Shown: in pieces, positions 63,895 to 64,000 of the stretch
How the letters are laid out: every line of letters starts with the position of its first letter
Numbering within the stretch: position 1 is the stretch's first letter
Assembly: GCF_006345805.1 (NCBI RefSeq)
Contig: NC_043006.1
Coordinates: 31,062,001-31,126,000 of the forward strand
Origin: Octopus sinensis
Taxonomy: Eukaryota
Length of the DNA stretch: 64,000 bases
Reading direction: 5' to 3'
Made by a program: the position numbers and the translations under genes
Notes under the pieces: model-generated
What the model was told of the DNA's origin: nothing
Database searches by the model: none
What the model saw: the letters and a program-made list of their open reading frames with translations, nothing else

Positions 63895-64000
63895 CCCAGC
63901 TGGAATTAATCATATTTTCAGCTGATACAGGAATGGAATTTGGTCAGAAGGAATGTTCTTATTTGATTGTTGAACGGGGAAAATCAGTCCCCTAGACACA
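63895..64000 (+). mobile_element. R4/Dong-like RT fragment starting right after (TACA)n and running off the window
   Basis: LIIFSADTGMEFGQKECSYLIVERGK matches the FS.DIGM.FG..KC motif of R4-clade RT. Confidence 0.65.

Overview
AT-rich, microsatellite-saturated and almost gene-free animal genomic DNA. The SINE families and divergent rDNA suggest an octopod cephalopod (inference). The only host protein-coding sequence I can support is the first coding exon of a secernin (peptidase C69-like) gene at 1418-1573 on the minus strand; the rest of that gene should lie left of the window. Almost everything else is transposon debris: RTE, CR1-group, Tx1-like and R4/Dong-like (REL endonuclease) non-LTR retrotransposons, Tc1, mariner, Tigger/pogo, a hAT MITE, two non-autonomous Helitrons and many tRNA-derived SINEs. 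There is also an orphan 3' fragment of a divergent 28S rRNA containing the sarcin-ricin loop. The most striking signal is a set of sequence-unrelated foldback (palindromic) elements at 18479-19472, 41173-41636 and 56795-57305. Each carries a minimal type I hammerhead ribozyme in both arms, one per strand, and each lies next to (TA)n tracts. Further solo or decayed hammerheads sit at about 40345, 40545, 49026 and 19690. These are best read as Penelope-like (PLE) pseudo-LTR derivatives. All folds and family assignments were made by eye and from memory, with no database search.
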